From contig CAWIIV010000014.1 of NCBI GenBank assembly GCA_963836205.1, positions 160,001 through 224,000 of the forward strand: 64,000 nt of DNA, given 5' to 3'. Both the position numbers and the translations under genes were made by a program. Each line of letters opens with the position of its first letter. Positions within the stretch are counted from its first letter, which is position 1. The notes beneath the pieces are model-generated. The model did no database searches and was not told the DNA's origin. It saw only the letters and a program-made list of their open reading frames with translations. Shown piece after piece: positions 49,653 to 62,475 of the stretch. This DNA comes from an uncultured Acidimicrobiia bacterium. GTDB taxonomy: Bacteria; Actinomycetota; Acidimicrobiia; Acidimicrobiales; AC-14.

Positions 49653-50194
49653 CGGGCGAGCGCAGACAGGCCGAGGGCCTGGACGATGCGCTCGGTGACG
49701 TGGTCGGCGGAATGGTCGTTGTCGACGTCGACGACGAGGTCGGCGACCTGCTGGTAGAGCGGCCGGCGTTCGGCGTCGAGGCGGCGCATGGCTCCCGCAG
49801 GGTCGCCCGCGAGAAGGGGCCGGCCTTCGCCCTTGCGGACCCGGGCGATGAGCGTCTCCACCGGCGCCCGCAGCCACACCACCGGCCGATGGTCGTGGAG
49901 CAGGTTCCGGTTGCCCTCGTCGAGGACCACGCCCCCGGCCGCCGCCACCACCTTCGGGGTCGAAGACGCCAGGGCGTCGGCCAGCACCTGGCGCTCGAGC
50001 AGGCGGAAGGCGGCCTCGCCGTCGGACCGCCAGATCTCGGGGACGGTGCGGCCGGTCATGGCCTCCACCTGGCGGTCGCTGTCGAACAGCTCCCAGTCGA
50101 GGCGGCGGGCCAGGCGTCGCCCGACGGCCGACTTGCCCGCGCCCATCATCCCCACCAGCACGATCGACGACGGGGGCGCCACCGGGTCGGCCAC
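49649..50194 (-). CDS. aroK: Shikimate kinase
   Basis: VGMMGAGKS, GEAAFR, AGGVV and RPLL. Confidence 0.94.
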   Translation of the reverse strand: MADPVAPPSSIVLVGMMGAGKSAVGRRLARRLDWELFDSDRQVEAMTGRTVPEIWRSDGEAAFRLLERQVLADALASSTPKVVAAAGGVVLDEGNRNLLHDHRPVVWLRAPVETLIARVRKGEGRPLLAGDPAGAMRRLDAERRPLYQQVADLVVDVDNDHSADHVTERIVQALGLSALAR

Positions 50195-51360
50195 TAGCTG
50201 AGGGAGTCGATGAACGACCGGTGGTTGCGGACCAGCTCCGCCACCGAGTCGCCGCCGAACTTGCGCAGGGCCTCGCCGGCGAGCACCAGGGCGACCATGG
50301 TCTCCGCGACCACGCCCGCGGCCGGCACCGCGGTGACGTCGGTGCGTTCCTTGAACGAGACGGTGGCCTCCTTGGTCTCCACGTCGACGGTCTTGAGCAC
50401 GGGCCGGTTGAGGGTGGACAGCGGCTTCATGGCGGCCCGAGCCACCAGCAGGTCGCCGGTGGACATCCCCCCCTCGACCCCCCCCGCCCGGGCCGTCTCC
50501 CGCCGGTAGACGCCTTCCCCGGCGTCCCAGAAGATCTCGTCGTGGGCCTGCGATCCCCGCCGCCCGGCCCCGTCGAAGCCCTCGCCGATCTCCACCGCCT
50601 TCATGGCCGGGATGCTCATCAGGGCGTGGGCCAGGAGGGCGTCGAGGCGGCGGTCCCAGTGGACGTGGCTGCCCAGGCCCACCGGCACCCCGTAGCCGAG
50701 CACCTCCACCACCCCGCCGAGGGAGTCGCCCTCCTTCGCCGCGGCCTTGATCTCGGAGATCATGGCCTCCTCGTCGGCCGGGTCGTTGACCCGCACCGGC
50801 GACTCGTCGATACGGGCCAGGTCGACCATCCTCGGCCGTCCCGATCCATTGGCGGGCGACTTGGCCACCACCGACCCCATCTGGATGACGTGGGACAGGA
50901 TCGACACGCCGAGGTGGGACAGGAGAGCCTTGGCACAGGCGCCCGCCGCCACCCGGGCCGCCGTCTCCCGGGCCGAGGCCCGCTCGAGCACGTCGCGGGC
51001 GTCGGTGAAGCCGTACTTCTGCATGCCGGCCAGGTCGGCGTGGCCGGGGCGGGGCCGGGTGAGGGGCTTCTCCGTCTTCCCCGGGCCGGGCGACATCTCC
51101 TGCTCCCACTTGGGCCACTCGGTGTTGCCGATCTCCAACGCCACCGGCGAGCCGAGGGTGCGCCCGTGGCGGACGCCGCCCAGGATGGTGAGCTCGTCCT
51201 GCTCGAAGCGCATCCGCGGTCCCCGGCCGTAGCCCAGGCGGCGGCGCGCCAGCTCGGCCTGGATCTCCTCGGCCGTGATCTCCAGCCCCGCGGGCAGCCC
51301 TTCGATGGTGACGAGCAGGGCCCGCCCGTGGGATTCGCCGGCGGTGAGGAAGCGGAGCAC
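50194..51360 (-). CDS. aroC: Chorismate synthase
   Basis: [24 protein letters not shown] and AMKPLST. Confidence 0.97.
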   Translation of the reverse strand: MLRFLTAGESHGRALLVTIEGLPAGLEITAEEIQAELARRRLGYGRGPRMRFEQDELTILGGVRHGRTLGSPVALEIGNTEWPKWEQEMSPGPGKTEKPLTRPRPGHADLAGMQKYGFTDARDVLERASARETAARVAAGACAKALLSHLGVSILSHVIQMGSVVAKSPANGSGRPRMVDLARIDESPVRVNDPADEEAMISEIKAAAKEGDSLGGVVEVLGYGVPVGLGSHVHWDRRLDALLAHALMSIPAMKAVEIGEGFDGAGRRGSQAHDEIFWDAGEGVYRRETARAGGVEGGMSTGDLLVARAAMKPLSTLNRPVLKTVDVETKEATVSFKERTDVTAVPAAGVVAETMVALVLAGEALRKFGGDSVAELVRNHRSFIDSLS

Positions 51361-51505
51361 GCCCACGAATCTACCGGCGGCGACACTCGATCCCAGGGAG
51401 TTGCGTGCGACTGCCCCAAGGCTCGTTCGGGTAGAGGTCCCGGCAGTAGCGTCGAGACGAGACCCCACGCTGGCTGGTGGGCTTCCCAAGGAGGATGACC
51501 GCGAG

Positions 51506-52003
51506 ATGCGATTCCGTCAGTTCGTCGGAGTGCTCCTTGTGGGAGCGGTAGCGCTGGTCGGTTGCGGCGACGACGACGACGGCGACACCGCGTCGACGGC
51601 GACGACCGTGGAGTCGACGGCCACCACCAGCGGGAACTCGAACGGGAACGCCGACGACCGGGCCCGGTGCGCCGAGGCCGCGACAGCCATGGCCCAGGCC
51701 GCCACCGACATCCCCCTGGCCCTCACCGGCACCTCGGCCAGCCTGCGGGAGTCGGTCGACAAGTTCAAGGCATTCGCCGACTCTGGTCCGTCGGAGATCC
51801 GGAGCGACCTGCAGACGGTCGCCGCCGGCTACGACGGCTTCGTGAAGGTCCTGGCCGACGCCGGCTACAACCCCGCCAGCGGACAGGCGCCGTCGGCGGA
51901 CGAAGCGGCCAAGATCCAGGCCGCGGCCAACAGCCTGGCCGGTGCCGACTTCCAGGCCGCCGTGGGCCGGGTGCAGGCCTACTTCGCCAGCAACTGCGAC
52001 TGA
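51506..52003 (+). CDS. Secreted lipoprotein of unknown function
   Basis: Lipobox LVGC, DDDD/Thr-rich linker, helical domain with two Cys; AAGGAGG upstream. Confidence 0.8.
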   Translation: MRFRQFVGVLLVGAVALVGCGDDDDGDTASTATTVESTATTSGNSNGNADDRARCAEAATAMAQAATDIPLALTGTSASLRESVDKFKAFADSGPSEIRSDLQTVAAGYDGFVKVLADAGYNPASGQAPSADEAAKIQAAANSLAGADFQAAVGRVQAYFASNCD

Positions 52004-52025
52004 CCCGACGCCAGGCAGCCGGGGG

Positions 52026-52712
52026 TCAGCCCCCGAACCACATGCGGATGATCTGGTCGCCGAAGAGGACGGCCAGCACGGAGCCGCCCGCAAGGAACGG
52101 GCCGAAGGGCACCGCGTCCTTGCGGGTGCGGATCCGCGTCACCACCAGGCCGACCCCGATCACCGCCCCCAACAGGAAGCCGAGGAAGACCCCGGTGAGC
52201 ACGTGGCGGAGGCTGAGCCAGCCGAGGAACAGCCCCAGCACGAACGCCAGCCGCACGTCGCCGAAGCCCATCCCCGCGGGCGAGATGAGGTGGACGATCA
52301 ACAGCCCCAGCCAGGCCAGGCCGGCCCCGATCAGCGCCTGGCGCAGCCGGCCCCAGTCACCCTCGGCCCCGGCCGCGATCGCCAGCAGGGGCACCGACAC
52401 GAAGATCGTCGGGTAGACGAGGCGGTTGGGGATGATGTGGAGGTCGAAGTCGATGACGCTGATGGCCAGCAGCGAGGTGAAGAACACCAGGTAGGCGGGC
52501 AGGGCCCAGTCGGCCCCGAAGCGGAGGGTGGCCGCCGCCCACAACAGGCCGCAGGCGACCTGCACCACCAGCGTGCGCCGCGAGCCAGGTCGCAGGCGCA
52601 GGCCGAGCGGCCGCAGCGGCTTCTTGGCGGGGATGCGCTCGACGAGGACGTCGACCAGCAGGCCCACGGCCAGTCCCACCACGCCGAGGGCGACCGCCGC
52701 CCATGCCCTCAC
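52026..52712 (-). CDS. Prepilin peptidase-like aspartic peptidase (A24)
   Basis: VIDFDLHIIPN, GMGFGDVRL and VPFGPFL; multi-TM. Confidence 0.88.
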   Translation of the reverse strand: MRAWAAVALGVVGLAVGLLVDVLVERIPAKKPLRPLGLRLRPGSRRTLVVQVACGLLWAAATLRFGADWALPAYLVFFTSLLAISVIDFDLHIIPNRLVYPTIFVSVPLLAIAAGAEGDWGRLRQALIGAGLAWLGLLIVHLISPAGMGFGDVRLAFVLGLFLGWLSLRHVLTGVFLGFLLGAVIGVGLVVTRIRTRKDAVPFGPFLAGGSVLAVLFGDQIIRMWFGG

Positions 52713-52743
52713 CCCGCCCCGGTCCCCATGTAGACCTCAGTCT

Positions 52744-53559
52744 TCACGAACGGGCGGCGGCCCGCATCACGTCGAGAGGCGGCTCGCATCCGGTCCAGAG
52801 CTGGAAGGCGAGGGCGCCCTGGTGGACGAGCATGCCCAGGCCGTCGACCACCGTCGCCCCCCGGGCGGCGGCCGCCTCCAGCAGGGCGGTGGTGGCGCGG
52901 GGGATGAGGTCGACCACCACCTGGCCGGGGCCGAATTGAGCGGGGTCGAACGCCAGTTCCGGTCCCCCGTCGAGCCCGAGAGGGGTGGCGTTGACCACGA
53001 TCTGGGCCGCCCTGACCTCGTCGGCGGCACCCATCCGGCCGACGGCGCCGGCCAGGTCGACCACCGCCTTGGTCCGGACCGGGTCGCGGCCGGGCACCAC
53101 CACCACCTCCGACGCGCCGGCGTCGGCGAGCGCCCAGACGACCGCCCGGGCGGCCCCCCCGGCGCCCCGCACCAGGCAGCGGCGGCCGCCCACTTCGACG
53201 TCGGCGTCGACCAGGGAGGCGAGGAATCCGGCGGCGTCGGTGTTCTCGCCCCGCAGCCGGCCGTCGTGGTCGACCACCACCGTGTTGGCCGCACCCAGGT
53301 CGGCGGCAGTGGCCGACAGCACGTCGACCGCGGCCGCGGTGTCCTCCTTGTGGGGCAGGGTCACCGACAGCCCCCGGATGCCGAGGGCGCGCATGCCGGC
53401 CAGAGCGTCGGGCACCCGGCCGGGGGCGACCTCGAAGGCCAGGTACACCCAGTCGAGCCCGAGGGCTCGGAAGGCGGCGTTGTGGATGGCGGGCGAACGG
53501 GAATGGCCGACGGGACTGCCGATGATGCCGGCGAGGTACGTCCGGCAGCCGGCCTCCAA
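52744..53559 (-). CDS. aroE: Shikimate dehydrogenase
   Basis: HSRSPAIHNAA, SVTLPHK, ENTD, GAGGAARA and GMLVHQG. Confidence 0.95.
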   Translation of the reverse strand: MEAGCRTYLAGIIGSPVGHSRSPAIHNAAFRALGLDWVYLAFEVAPGRVPDALAGMRALGIRGLSVTLPHKEDTAAAVDVLSATAADLGAANTVVVDHDGRLRGENTDAAGFLASLVDADVEVGGRRCLVRGAGGAARAVVWALADAGASEVVVVPGRDPVRTKAVVDLAGAVGRMGAADEVRAAQIVVNATPLGLDGGPELAFDPAQFGPGQVVVDLIPRATTALLEAAAARGATVVDGLGMLVHQGALAFQLWTGCEPPLDVMRAAARS

Positions 53560-53570
53560 CCGGGGCGAGC

Positions 53571-54593
53571 TCAGCGGACGCCCTTTTGCTCGGCGAGGGC
53601 CTCGTTGCGGTTGTGCTCGGCCAGGCTGTCGGCGAACGTGTGCAGGCCGTTGTCGTCGATGACCACGAAGTAGAGCCAGGAACCGGGCGTGGGCGCGACC
53701 GCCGCCGCCAGCGACTCCTGCCCGGGGGCGGCGATGGGTCCGGGGGGCAGGCCGGCCACCTTGTAAGTGTTGTAGGGAGAGTCGATCTCGAGGTCGCTGA
53801 AGAGGAGCACGTCCTTCTGCTTACCCAGGGCGAACTGCACGGTGGCGTCGATCTGCAGGGGCATCTCGATCTCCAGCCGGTTGTAGATGACCCGGGCCAC
53901 CTTGCCCCGGTCCTCGTCGACCCGGGCCTCCCGCTCCACCATGGAGGCGACCACGATCACCTGGTAGGGCGTGACACCCATCCGGGCGGCGGCGCCGTTG
54001 ACGTCGAGGCGGGTGGCCAGCGCGTCGAAGGCTTCCACCATCCGCCGGAGGATGGCGACCTCGTCGTCCTCGACGGCGAAGAAGTAGGTCTCGGGGAGGA
54101 GGAGCCCCTCCAGGCTGGCGCCGGCGCCCTGGTACTGCGAGCGCACCGTGCCGCCCGCGGCCACCTGGAGGAACCGGTCGGCCGACCGCCCGGGCAGGGT
54201 GCCGACGAGCTGCGCCACCTCCTTCAGGGTGAGGCCCTCGGGGATGGTGAGGGGCACACCCTTGTCGACCTCGGCCCCCCCTTCGAGGACCTTGACCACG
54301 GCGGCCATGGACTCCCGCTGGTGGAGCGTGTAGTCGCCCGCCTCCACCGTGCCCAGGCCGTTGAGCTTCACGTAGTACCGGAAGACCGAGGCGCTGGTGA
54401 TAACACCGGTGCGCTCCAGGAGGGTGCCGATCTCCCCGGTGGACATGCCCTGCTCCACCGTGATGGCCACCTCCGCCCCCGGCTGGCCCGGCGGGTCGAC
54501 CTGGCGCTGGTACCAGAAGGCCGCCGCGCCCACCGCGACCACGAAGGCCAGGAACATCGCCGCCAGGACGTAAGGCCACCTGCGGCGGGTCAC
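53571..54593 (-). CDS. mltG: Endolytic transglycosylase MltG
   Basis: N-terminal TM, TIPEG, EGLLLPETY, ASMVERE and SPYNTYKVAGLPPGPI. Confidence 0.95.
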   Translation of the reverse strand: MTRRRWPYVLAAMFLAFVVAVGAAAFWYQRQVDPPGQPGAEVAITVEQGMSTGEIGTLLERTGVITSASVFRYYVKLNGLGTVEAGDYTLHQRESMAAVVKVLEGGAEVDKGVPLTIPEGLTLKEVAQLVGTLPGRSADRFLQVAAGGTVRSQYQGAGASLEGLLLPETYFFAVEDDEVAILRRMVEAFDALATRLDVNGAAARMGVTPYQVIVVASMVEREARVDEDRGKVARVIYNRLEIEMPLQIDATVQFALGKQKDVLLFSDLEIDSPYNTYKVAGLPPGPIAAPGQESLAAAVAPTPGSWLYFVVIDDNGLHTFADSLAEHNRNEALAEQKGVR

Positions 54594-55083
54594 CCGGCTG
54601 TCCCCGTTCCCCTTCCGCCCTCGAGTCCCCGTCCGACTCCGCCGTCGAGGCCCCGTCCGCCGTCGAGGCCCCGTCCGCCGTCGAGCCATGCCTGGAGGAG
54701 TACGGCCGCCGCCACCTGGTCGACGACCCGGCGCCGGTTCCGACCCGTGACCCCGGCCCCGGCCAGCGAGCGTTGGGCGCTCACCGTCGTCAGCCGCTCG
54801 TCGAACAGCTCGACGGCCACGTCGCCCCCCAGGGCCGCGGCCAGGGCGGTGGCCTCGGTCCGGGCCCACGTCGCGGCCGGCCCTTCCGACCCGTCGAGCG
54901 AGAGGGGCAGGCCCACGACAACCCGCTCGGCGCCGAGCTCCCGAATCTCGGCGACCAGCCGGGCCCGGTCGCGGGCCTCGTCGCCGGTGCGCGCCACGGT
55001 GGTGGACGGGACGGCCGTCACCCCCCCCGAGTCGCTCACGGCCACCCCGACGCGCTGCCTCCCCAGGTCCAAGCCCACGACCC

Positions 55084-55087
<4 letters not shown>
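54590..55087 (-). CDS. ruvX: RuvX/YqgF resolvase-like nuclease
   Basis: GLDLGRQRVGVAVSD, VVGLP, DERLTT and DQVAAAVLLQ; Gly-rich repeat tail. Confidence 0.93.
54616..54685. repeat. 18-bp tandem repeat encoding (LDGGRG)n at the RuvX C-terminus
   Basis: CCGCCGTCGAGGCCCCGT, 3-4 degenerate copies. Confidence 0.7.
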
Positions 55088-57684
<2,597 letters not shown>

Positions 57685-57742
57685 TCCGGACCGCAGCCTA
57701 AAGGAAGCGGGAGTGTGACTTGGGAGTCTGAAGGCCGCCGGA

Positions 57743-58000
57743 CTAGGACGTTTGCCGCAGGTGGTTCTCGACGCGCAGCTCGCGCTCGCGCTGGCGGGCG
57801 GTCTGCCTGCCCTCGTCGACCGCGGCCCGGACGTGCGCCACCCGCCCCTTCACCGCCGACGTGGCCCCGTCCACCAGGAGGCGGGGGGAATCCCGCCAGG
57901 GGATGCGCAGGGTGGCCCGGCCGGCGGTGTCGACGATCACGTAGGCGACGCGATACCCGACCGCGAAGGCGAGGATGAAGAGGATCGACCGTCTGAACAC
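57743..58000 (-). CDS. Small membrane protein upstream of alaS
   Basis: Hydrophobic N-terminus MFRRSILFILAFAVGY; TAGCGT -10 lies 6 nt before the GTG. Confidence 0.65.
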   Translation of the reverse strand: MFRRSILFILAFAVGYRVAYVIVDTAGRATLRIPWRDSPRLLVDGATSAVKGRVAHVRAAVDEGRQTARQRERELRVENHLRQTS

Positions 58001-58039
58001 GGTTCGACGCTACCGCCCCCGAGGGCCGGTTGGCGGCCG

Positions 58040-58393
58040 CTACGGCTTCTGCCGGAACCGGTGCCAGGCCTTGGCCACGCCGGCCCCGGTGGCCAGGGCC
58101 TTCACCACCGGGCTGCCGATGGTGTTGTGGGCCAGCCGGGACGCCCCGTCGACCGTCCCCGCGATCCCCTCGACGGTGGTGAGGAGGTCGTCGACCCGGT
58201 CGAGGTCGAACGACGCCTTCTGGACGGCGACGTGGGCGTCGGCGAGCGCCGGCATGGCCGCCCGGTGGACGTCGTCGACCACCCGGCCGATGGTGGCCAG
58301 GGTGCGGGACGCGGCGTAGAGCACGAGCACCAGCCCGACGGCGCCGATGACGGTGGCCACCACGAAGATGAGGGCCGCCACCTCCACGCTCAC
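58040..58393 (-). CDS. DUF948-like membrane protein
   Basis: N-terminal TM then amphipathic helix ending PVVKALATGAGV; GTG overlaps the rarA stop. Confidence 0.6.
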   Translation of the reverse strand: MSVEVAALIFVVATVIGAVGLVLVLYAASRTLATIGRVVDDVHRAAMPALADAHVAVQKASFDLDRVDDLLTTVEGIAGTVDGASRLAHNTIGSPVVKALATGAGVAKAWHRFRQKP

Positions 58394-59698
58394 TGGTCGT
58401 CGGGCCCGGCGTCGGTGTGGCGCATGCGCTCGGCGATCTCCTGTTCGAAGCCGTGGGGGGAGGGCTGGTAGTAGACCCTTCCCTCCAGCCCGGGGGGGCG
58501 GTACGTCTGGGGCACCCACCCGCGGGTCGTCGTGAGGATAGTCGTAGCCCACTCCGTGACCGAGCTTGCGGGCCCCGAAGTAGGCCGAGCTGCGCAGGTG
58601 GGCCGGCACCTCTCCCGCGGGCCGGTTCTTCACGTCGTCCATCGCCGCCCCGAGCGCCCGCGTCACCCGGTTCGACTTGGGTGCGGTGGCCAGGTGGATC
58701 ACGGCCTGGGCCAGGTTGAGCTGGGCCTCGGGCAGGCCCACGAACTCCACCGCCCGGGCCGCGGAGTCGGCCACCACCAGGGCCATGGGGTCGGCCATGC
58801 CCACGTCCTCCGACGCCAGGATCACCAGCCGGCGGGCGATGAAGCGGGCGTCCTCCCCCGCCTCCAGCATCCGGGCCAGCCAGTAGAGGCCGGCGTCGGC
58901 GTCCGATCCCCGGATCGACTTGATGAACGCCGAGACCACGTCGTAGTGGTCGTCGCGCTCGTAGCGCAGGGCCCGGGCGTCGAGGGCGGCCTCGGCCTCG
59001 GCCAGGGTGACGGCCCGCTTGTCGCCGGCGAGGGCGACCGCCACCTCGAGGGCGTTGAGGGCGGTGCGGGCGTCACCGTCGGACCGGTTGACGAGGTGGT
59101 CGAGGGCCTCGTCGTCGGCCGTGGCCCGCTCCGCCTCCAGGCCCCGGTGGAGGAGCGCCCGGACCGCCTCCGGCGACAGGCCGTGGAGCCGGAACAGGCT
59201 CGAGCGCGACAGGAGCGGGGCGTTGACCTCGAAGTACGGGTTCTCGGTGGTGGCGCCGATGAGCGTGAGCAGCCCGTCCTCCACGTGGGGGAGGAGGGCG
59301 TCCTGCTGGGCCTTGTTGAAGCGGTGGACCTCGTCGAGGAACAGGATCGTCCCCTGGCCCTGCTCGCCCAGGCGGGACTTGGCCCGGGCCACCACCTCCC
59401 GCACGTCCTTCACCCCGGCGTTGACGGCCGACAGGGTCTCGAAGGAACGGGAGGTCACGCCGGCGATGAGGCGGGCGAGGGTGGTCTTGCCCGTCCCCGG
59501 CGGTCCCCACAGGATCACCGACGTGAGCCGGTCGGCCTCGATCAGCCGCCGCAGGGGCGCCCCCGGGCCGAGGAGGTGCTCCTGGCCCACCATCTCGTCG
59601 AGGGTGCGGGGCCGCAGGCGGGCGGCGAGGGGCGCCTGCCGCTTGAGCCGCTCCTTCATGGCAGCCCCGAAGAGATCGCCGCCGGCCGCGTCGGTCAT
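58390..59698 (-). CDS. rarA: Replication-associated recombination protein A (apparent frameshift near 58520)
   Basis: PLAARLRP, WGPPGTGKTT, DEVHRFNKAQQD and SAFIKSIRGSD; C-terminus WVPQTYRP...YYQPSPHGFE is in the next frame. Confidence 0.95.
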
Positions 59699-60327
59699 CC
59701 GCCGGCGAGACCCTCCGCCAACAGCCGGTCGAGGTCGACGGCGCGCACCCCGCCCAGGATCCGCGACCGGACGATGCCGTCGGGGTCGACGAGGAACGAC
59801 TCCGGCACCCCGCTCACCCCGAAGTGGAGGGCGATGCTGCCCCCGGGGTCGGTGAGCATGGGCCACTCCCCCCCCTCGTCGGCGCGGAACTCCTTCACCG
59901 CCTGGGACGAATCGCTGAAGACCACCCCGATCACGGCCGCGTCGCCGGCCGCCTGGTGGGTCTCGTGGAACGTCACCAGCTCGCTGTGCTCGATCCGGCA
60001 GGGGACGCACCAGGTGGCGAAGAAGTTCACCACCACCCATCTCCCCTTGAGGTCGGAGAGCTTGACCGCGTCGCCGTCGATGGTGGCCGACTCGGCTACC
60101 GGGGCGGGCTTGCCGAGCAGCGGCGAGCGCACCGTCCGGGTGCTGGCCTCGGGCCGGGTGGCGAGCACGACGACCAGGAGGAACACCGGCACCGCCACCC
60201 CGACCGCGATCCACAGCGCCCGCCGGGTGCGGCGGATGCCGGTGACCGTGGGGCTGTCGTTCGCAGGTGGGCGGTCGTCGGCGGACGGGCGGTCGTCGTC
60301 GCTGGGCGGGTTGTCGTCGGGAGTCAT
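59695..60327 (-). CDS. TlpA/ResA-like membrane-anchored thiol-disulfide oxidoreductase
   Basis: TM anchor, NFFATWCVPC and GVPESFLVD. Confidence 0.92.
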   Translation of the reverse strand: MTPDDNPPSDDDRPSADDRPPANDSPTVTGIRRTRRALWIAVGVAVPVFLLVVVLATRPEASTRTVRSPLLGKPAPVAESATIDGDAVKLSDLKGRWVVVNFFATWCVPCRIEHSELVTFHETHQAAGDAAVIGVVFSDSSQAVKEFRADEGGEWPMLTDPGGSIALHFGVSGVPESFLVDPDGIVRSRILGGVRAVDLDRLLAEGLAGG

Positions 60328-61055
60328 ACGGGCGGCCATCCGAGGCGGGCGAACCAGCGTTGCAGGGGGACGAAGAAACCCTGCCAGCGCCCGGTGAGGA
60401 ACAACAAACCGACTGCCACTAGCAGCAGTCCGCCCGCGATCTCGATCCGCCGCCCGTTGCGCCGCAGCCAGGCCAACGACCGGGTGGCCTTGGAGAACCC
60501 CAGGGCCAGGAGGACGAAGGGCACGCCCAGCCCGGCCGAGTACAGGAGCAGGAGGACGCCGCCCCACACCGCCCCCCCGTTGCTGACCGCGGCGGTGGCC
60601 AGGATGGTGGCCAGCACCGGTCCGATGCACGGCGCCCACCCGGCGGCGAAGGCCATGCCGAGGGGGAACGCCCACGCCGCCCCCCGGGGCACCCGGGCCA
60701 TGTCGAGCCGCTTCTCCCGCTGGAGGAGCGGCACCCGCAGCACGCCGAGGGTCGACAGCCCGAGGCCCACGATGACCACGCCGAAGACCCGGACGATGGT
60801 GTCCTGGTTGCGGAGGAAGATGTTCCCCAGCAGGCTGGCCCCCACCCCCAGGGCGGTGAAGACGAGGCTGAAACCGCCCACGAAGAGCAGGGCCGCCTTG
60901 AGGGTGACGCCCCGGGCCTGGCGCTCGCCCAGCTCCGATACCGGCAGGGCCGACACGTACGACAGGTAGCCGGGCAGGAGGGGCAGGCAGCAGGGCGAGC
61001 TGAACGACAGCAGCCCGGCCACCACGGCCAGGATGGGCAGGGTGACGGTATCCAT
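60324..61055 (-). CDS. ccdA: Cytochrome c biogenesis protein CcdA
   Basis: SFSSPCCLPLLPGY and GWAPCIGPVL motifs. Confidence 0.93.
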   Translation of the reverse strand: MDTVTLPILAVVAGLLSFSSPCCLPLLPGYLSYVSALPVSELGERQARGVTLKAALLFVGGFSLVFTALGVGASLLGNIFLRNQDTIVRVFGVVIVGLGLSTLGVLRVPLLQREKRLDMARVPRGAAWAFPLGMAFAAGWAPCIGPVLATILATAAVSNGGAVWGGVLLLLYSAGLGVPFVLLALGFSKATRSLAWLRRNGRRIEIAGGLLLVAVGLLFLTGRWQGFFVPLQRWFARLGWPPV

Positions 61056-61185
61056 AGGTCAGACCCTGGAGGCGCCGCTCGGGGATCGTCGGCCGGGCCG
61101 GCCCCGAATCGCGGTCACAAAGGCCACGTTACCGCCGGGCCGAGCCGTTCCCCCCTCGGTGCCCGCCCGCCGCGGGCCCGCCCTC

Positions 61186-61297
61186 CAACCGGTGACGTTT
61201 TCGGGCGCCCTGGCAACCGTTCGTGTCACCAGTTCGGAGGGGCTCTCCAACCGGTGACGTTTTCGGTCGCCCTGGCAACCGTTCGTGTCACCGGTTC
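61186..61297 (+). repeat. Two tandem 50-bp palindromic elements (62-bp period)
   Basis: CAACCGGTGACGTTTTCGG(G/T)CGCCCTGGCAACCGTTCGTGTCACC(A/G)GTTC at 61186 and 61248. Confidence 0.92.
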
Positions 61298-61332
61298 GGG
61301 ACGGTGCTCCCGGCCGTGCGAGCATCGTCGCC

Positions 61333-62058
61333 GTGGCCGACGTCCGGGGGGTGCTCTTCGACTTCTACGGGACGCTCGCCCGGGCCGTCGTGTGGGGCGA
61401 GACCCACGAGGAGATCTTCGCCCGCCGGGGACTGCCCGGCCCGGGGGCGGTATGGGGCAGCCAGTGGGTGGGTGGGGCGGTCGACGGCGAGGAGCACGTC
61501 GAGCACTCGGCCAGCCGGGAGGCCTACGTGGCCTGGGAGCTCGAACGGCTGCGCATCCGGGCCCGGGCCTGCGGTGTCGGCGACGACGAGCTGGAGCCCC
61601 TGGTGGCCGACCTCCACCGGGCCTCCAAGACCTACACCCTCGCCGCCTACGACGAGGTCGCCGACGTCCTGGCCGAGCTCCGCCGGCGGGGGCTGGTGCT
61701 GGCCGTGTGCTCCAACTGGGACTGGGACCTGGCCCAGCAGGTGGCCAACGTCGGCCTCGACACCCTGGTCGACGAGATCGTGTCGTCCGCCCACGCCGGC
61801 GCCCGCAAGCCCCATCCCCGCATCTTCGAGCACACCCTCGACCGCTGCCGGCTGGAGCCCCCGGAGACCCTCTTCGTGGGCGACACCTGGGGCCCCGACG
61901 TGGTAGGGCCCCTGGCCGCGGGTATCCGCCCGGTGCACCTGTTCCGTGACGACCAGGCCGAGCGGGCCCGCGAGTCGGGCCTGGAGGCGTTGGCCCCGCC
62001 TCTACCCGAGGGCGTGGTCCGCGCCCCCGACCTCCGGGCCCTGCTCGACCTGACCTGA
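61333..62058 (+). CDS. HAD family hydrolase
   Basis: LFDFYGTL, CSNWD, KPHPRIF and VGDTWGPDV. Confidence 0.9.
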   Translation: MADVRGVLFDFYGTLARAVVWGETHEEIFARRGLPGPGAVWGSQWVGGAVDGEEHVEHSASREAYVAWELERLRIRARACGVGDDELEPLVADLHRASKTYTLAAYDEVADVLAELRRRGLVLAVCSNWDWDLAQQVANVGLDTLVDEIVSSAHAGARKPHPRIFEHTLDRCRLEPPETLFVGDTWGPDVVGPLAAGIRPVHLFRDDQAERARESGLEALAPPLPEGVVRAPDLRALLDLT

Positions 62059-62073
62059 CGAGGCCGCCGACCG

Positions 62074-62475
62074 TCAGCCGGGGAGGAAGCTCAGCCGCAC
62101 CCGGCGTCGGGGGTTGTCGCGGTTGAGGTCGACCAGCACCACGCTCTGCCACGTGCCGAGGAGGGGCCGGCCATCCGCCACCGGGATCGACAGCGACGGG
62201 CTGACCAGCACCGGCAGCAGGTGGTCGGCGCCGTGGCCGGGCGCGCCGTGGCGGTGGCGGTAACGGTCGTCGCGGGGCAGCAACCGCTCCAGCAGCTCGG
62301 CCAGGTCGGCCTCCGAACCCGACCCGAGCTCCATGAGGGCCACCCCGGCGGTGGCGTGGGGGACGAAGACGTGCACCAGCCCGTCGCCGAGGGGCCGGCA
62401 GAACTGGGCGACCCCCTCGGTGAGGTCGGTGAGCGGGCGCCCCGACGTGTCGAGGGTGAGCTCGGTTGTCCTCAG
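62074..62475 (-). CDS. yjbQ: YjbQ/UPF0047 family protein (CTG start proposed)
   Basis: FVPHATAG, HGADH and LGTWQSV; frame extends to a CTG at 62475 just after an in-frame stop. Confidence 0.85.
   Translation of the reverse strand: MRTTELTLDTSGRPLTDLTEGVAQFCRPLGDGLVHVFVPHATAGVALMELGSGSEADLAELLERLLPRDDRYRHRHGAPGHGADHLLPVLVSPSLSIPVADGRPLLGTWQSVVLVDLNRDNPRRRVRLSFLPG

Noticed and set aside
52026-52712. Type IV pilus locus
   Set aside because: Only a lone A24 peptidase between aroE and aroC; no pilin, ATPase or platform genes in the window
58040-60214. 724-aa RarA-membrane protein fusion
   Set aside because: Artefact of the frameshift near 58520 plus upstream read-through; RarA's normal C-terminus is in the adjacent frame and stops at 58390
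61186-61297. CRISPR array
   Set aside because: Only two 50-bp units separated by 12 nt, no unique spacers and no cas genes; it belongs to the dispersed palindrome family
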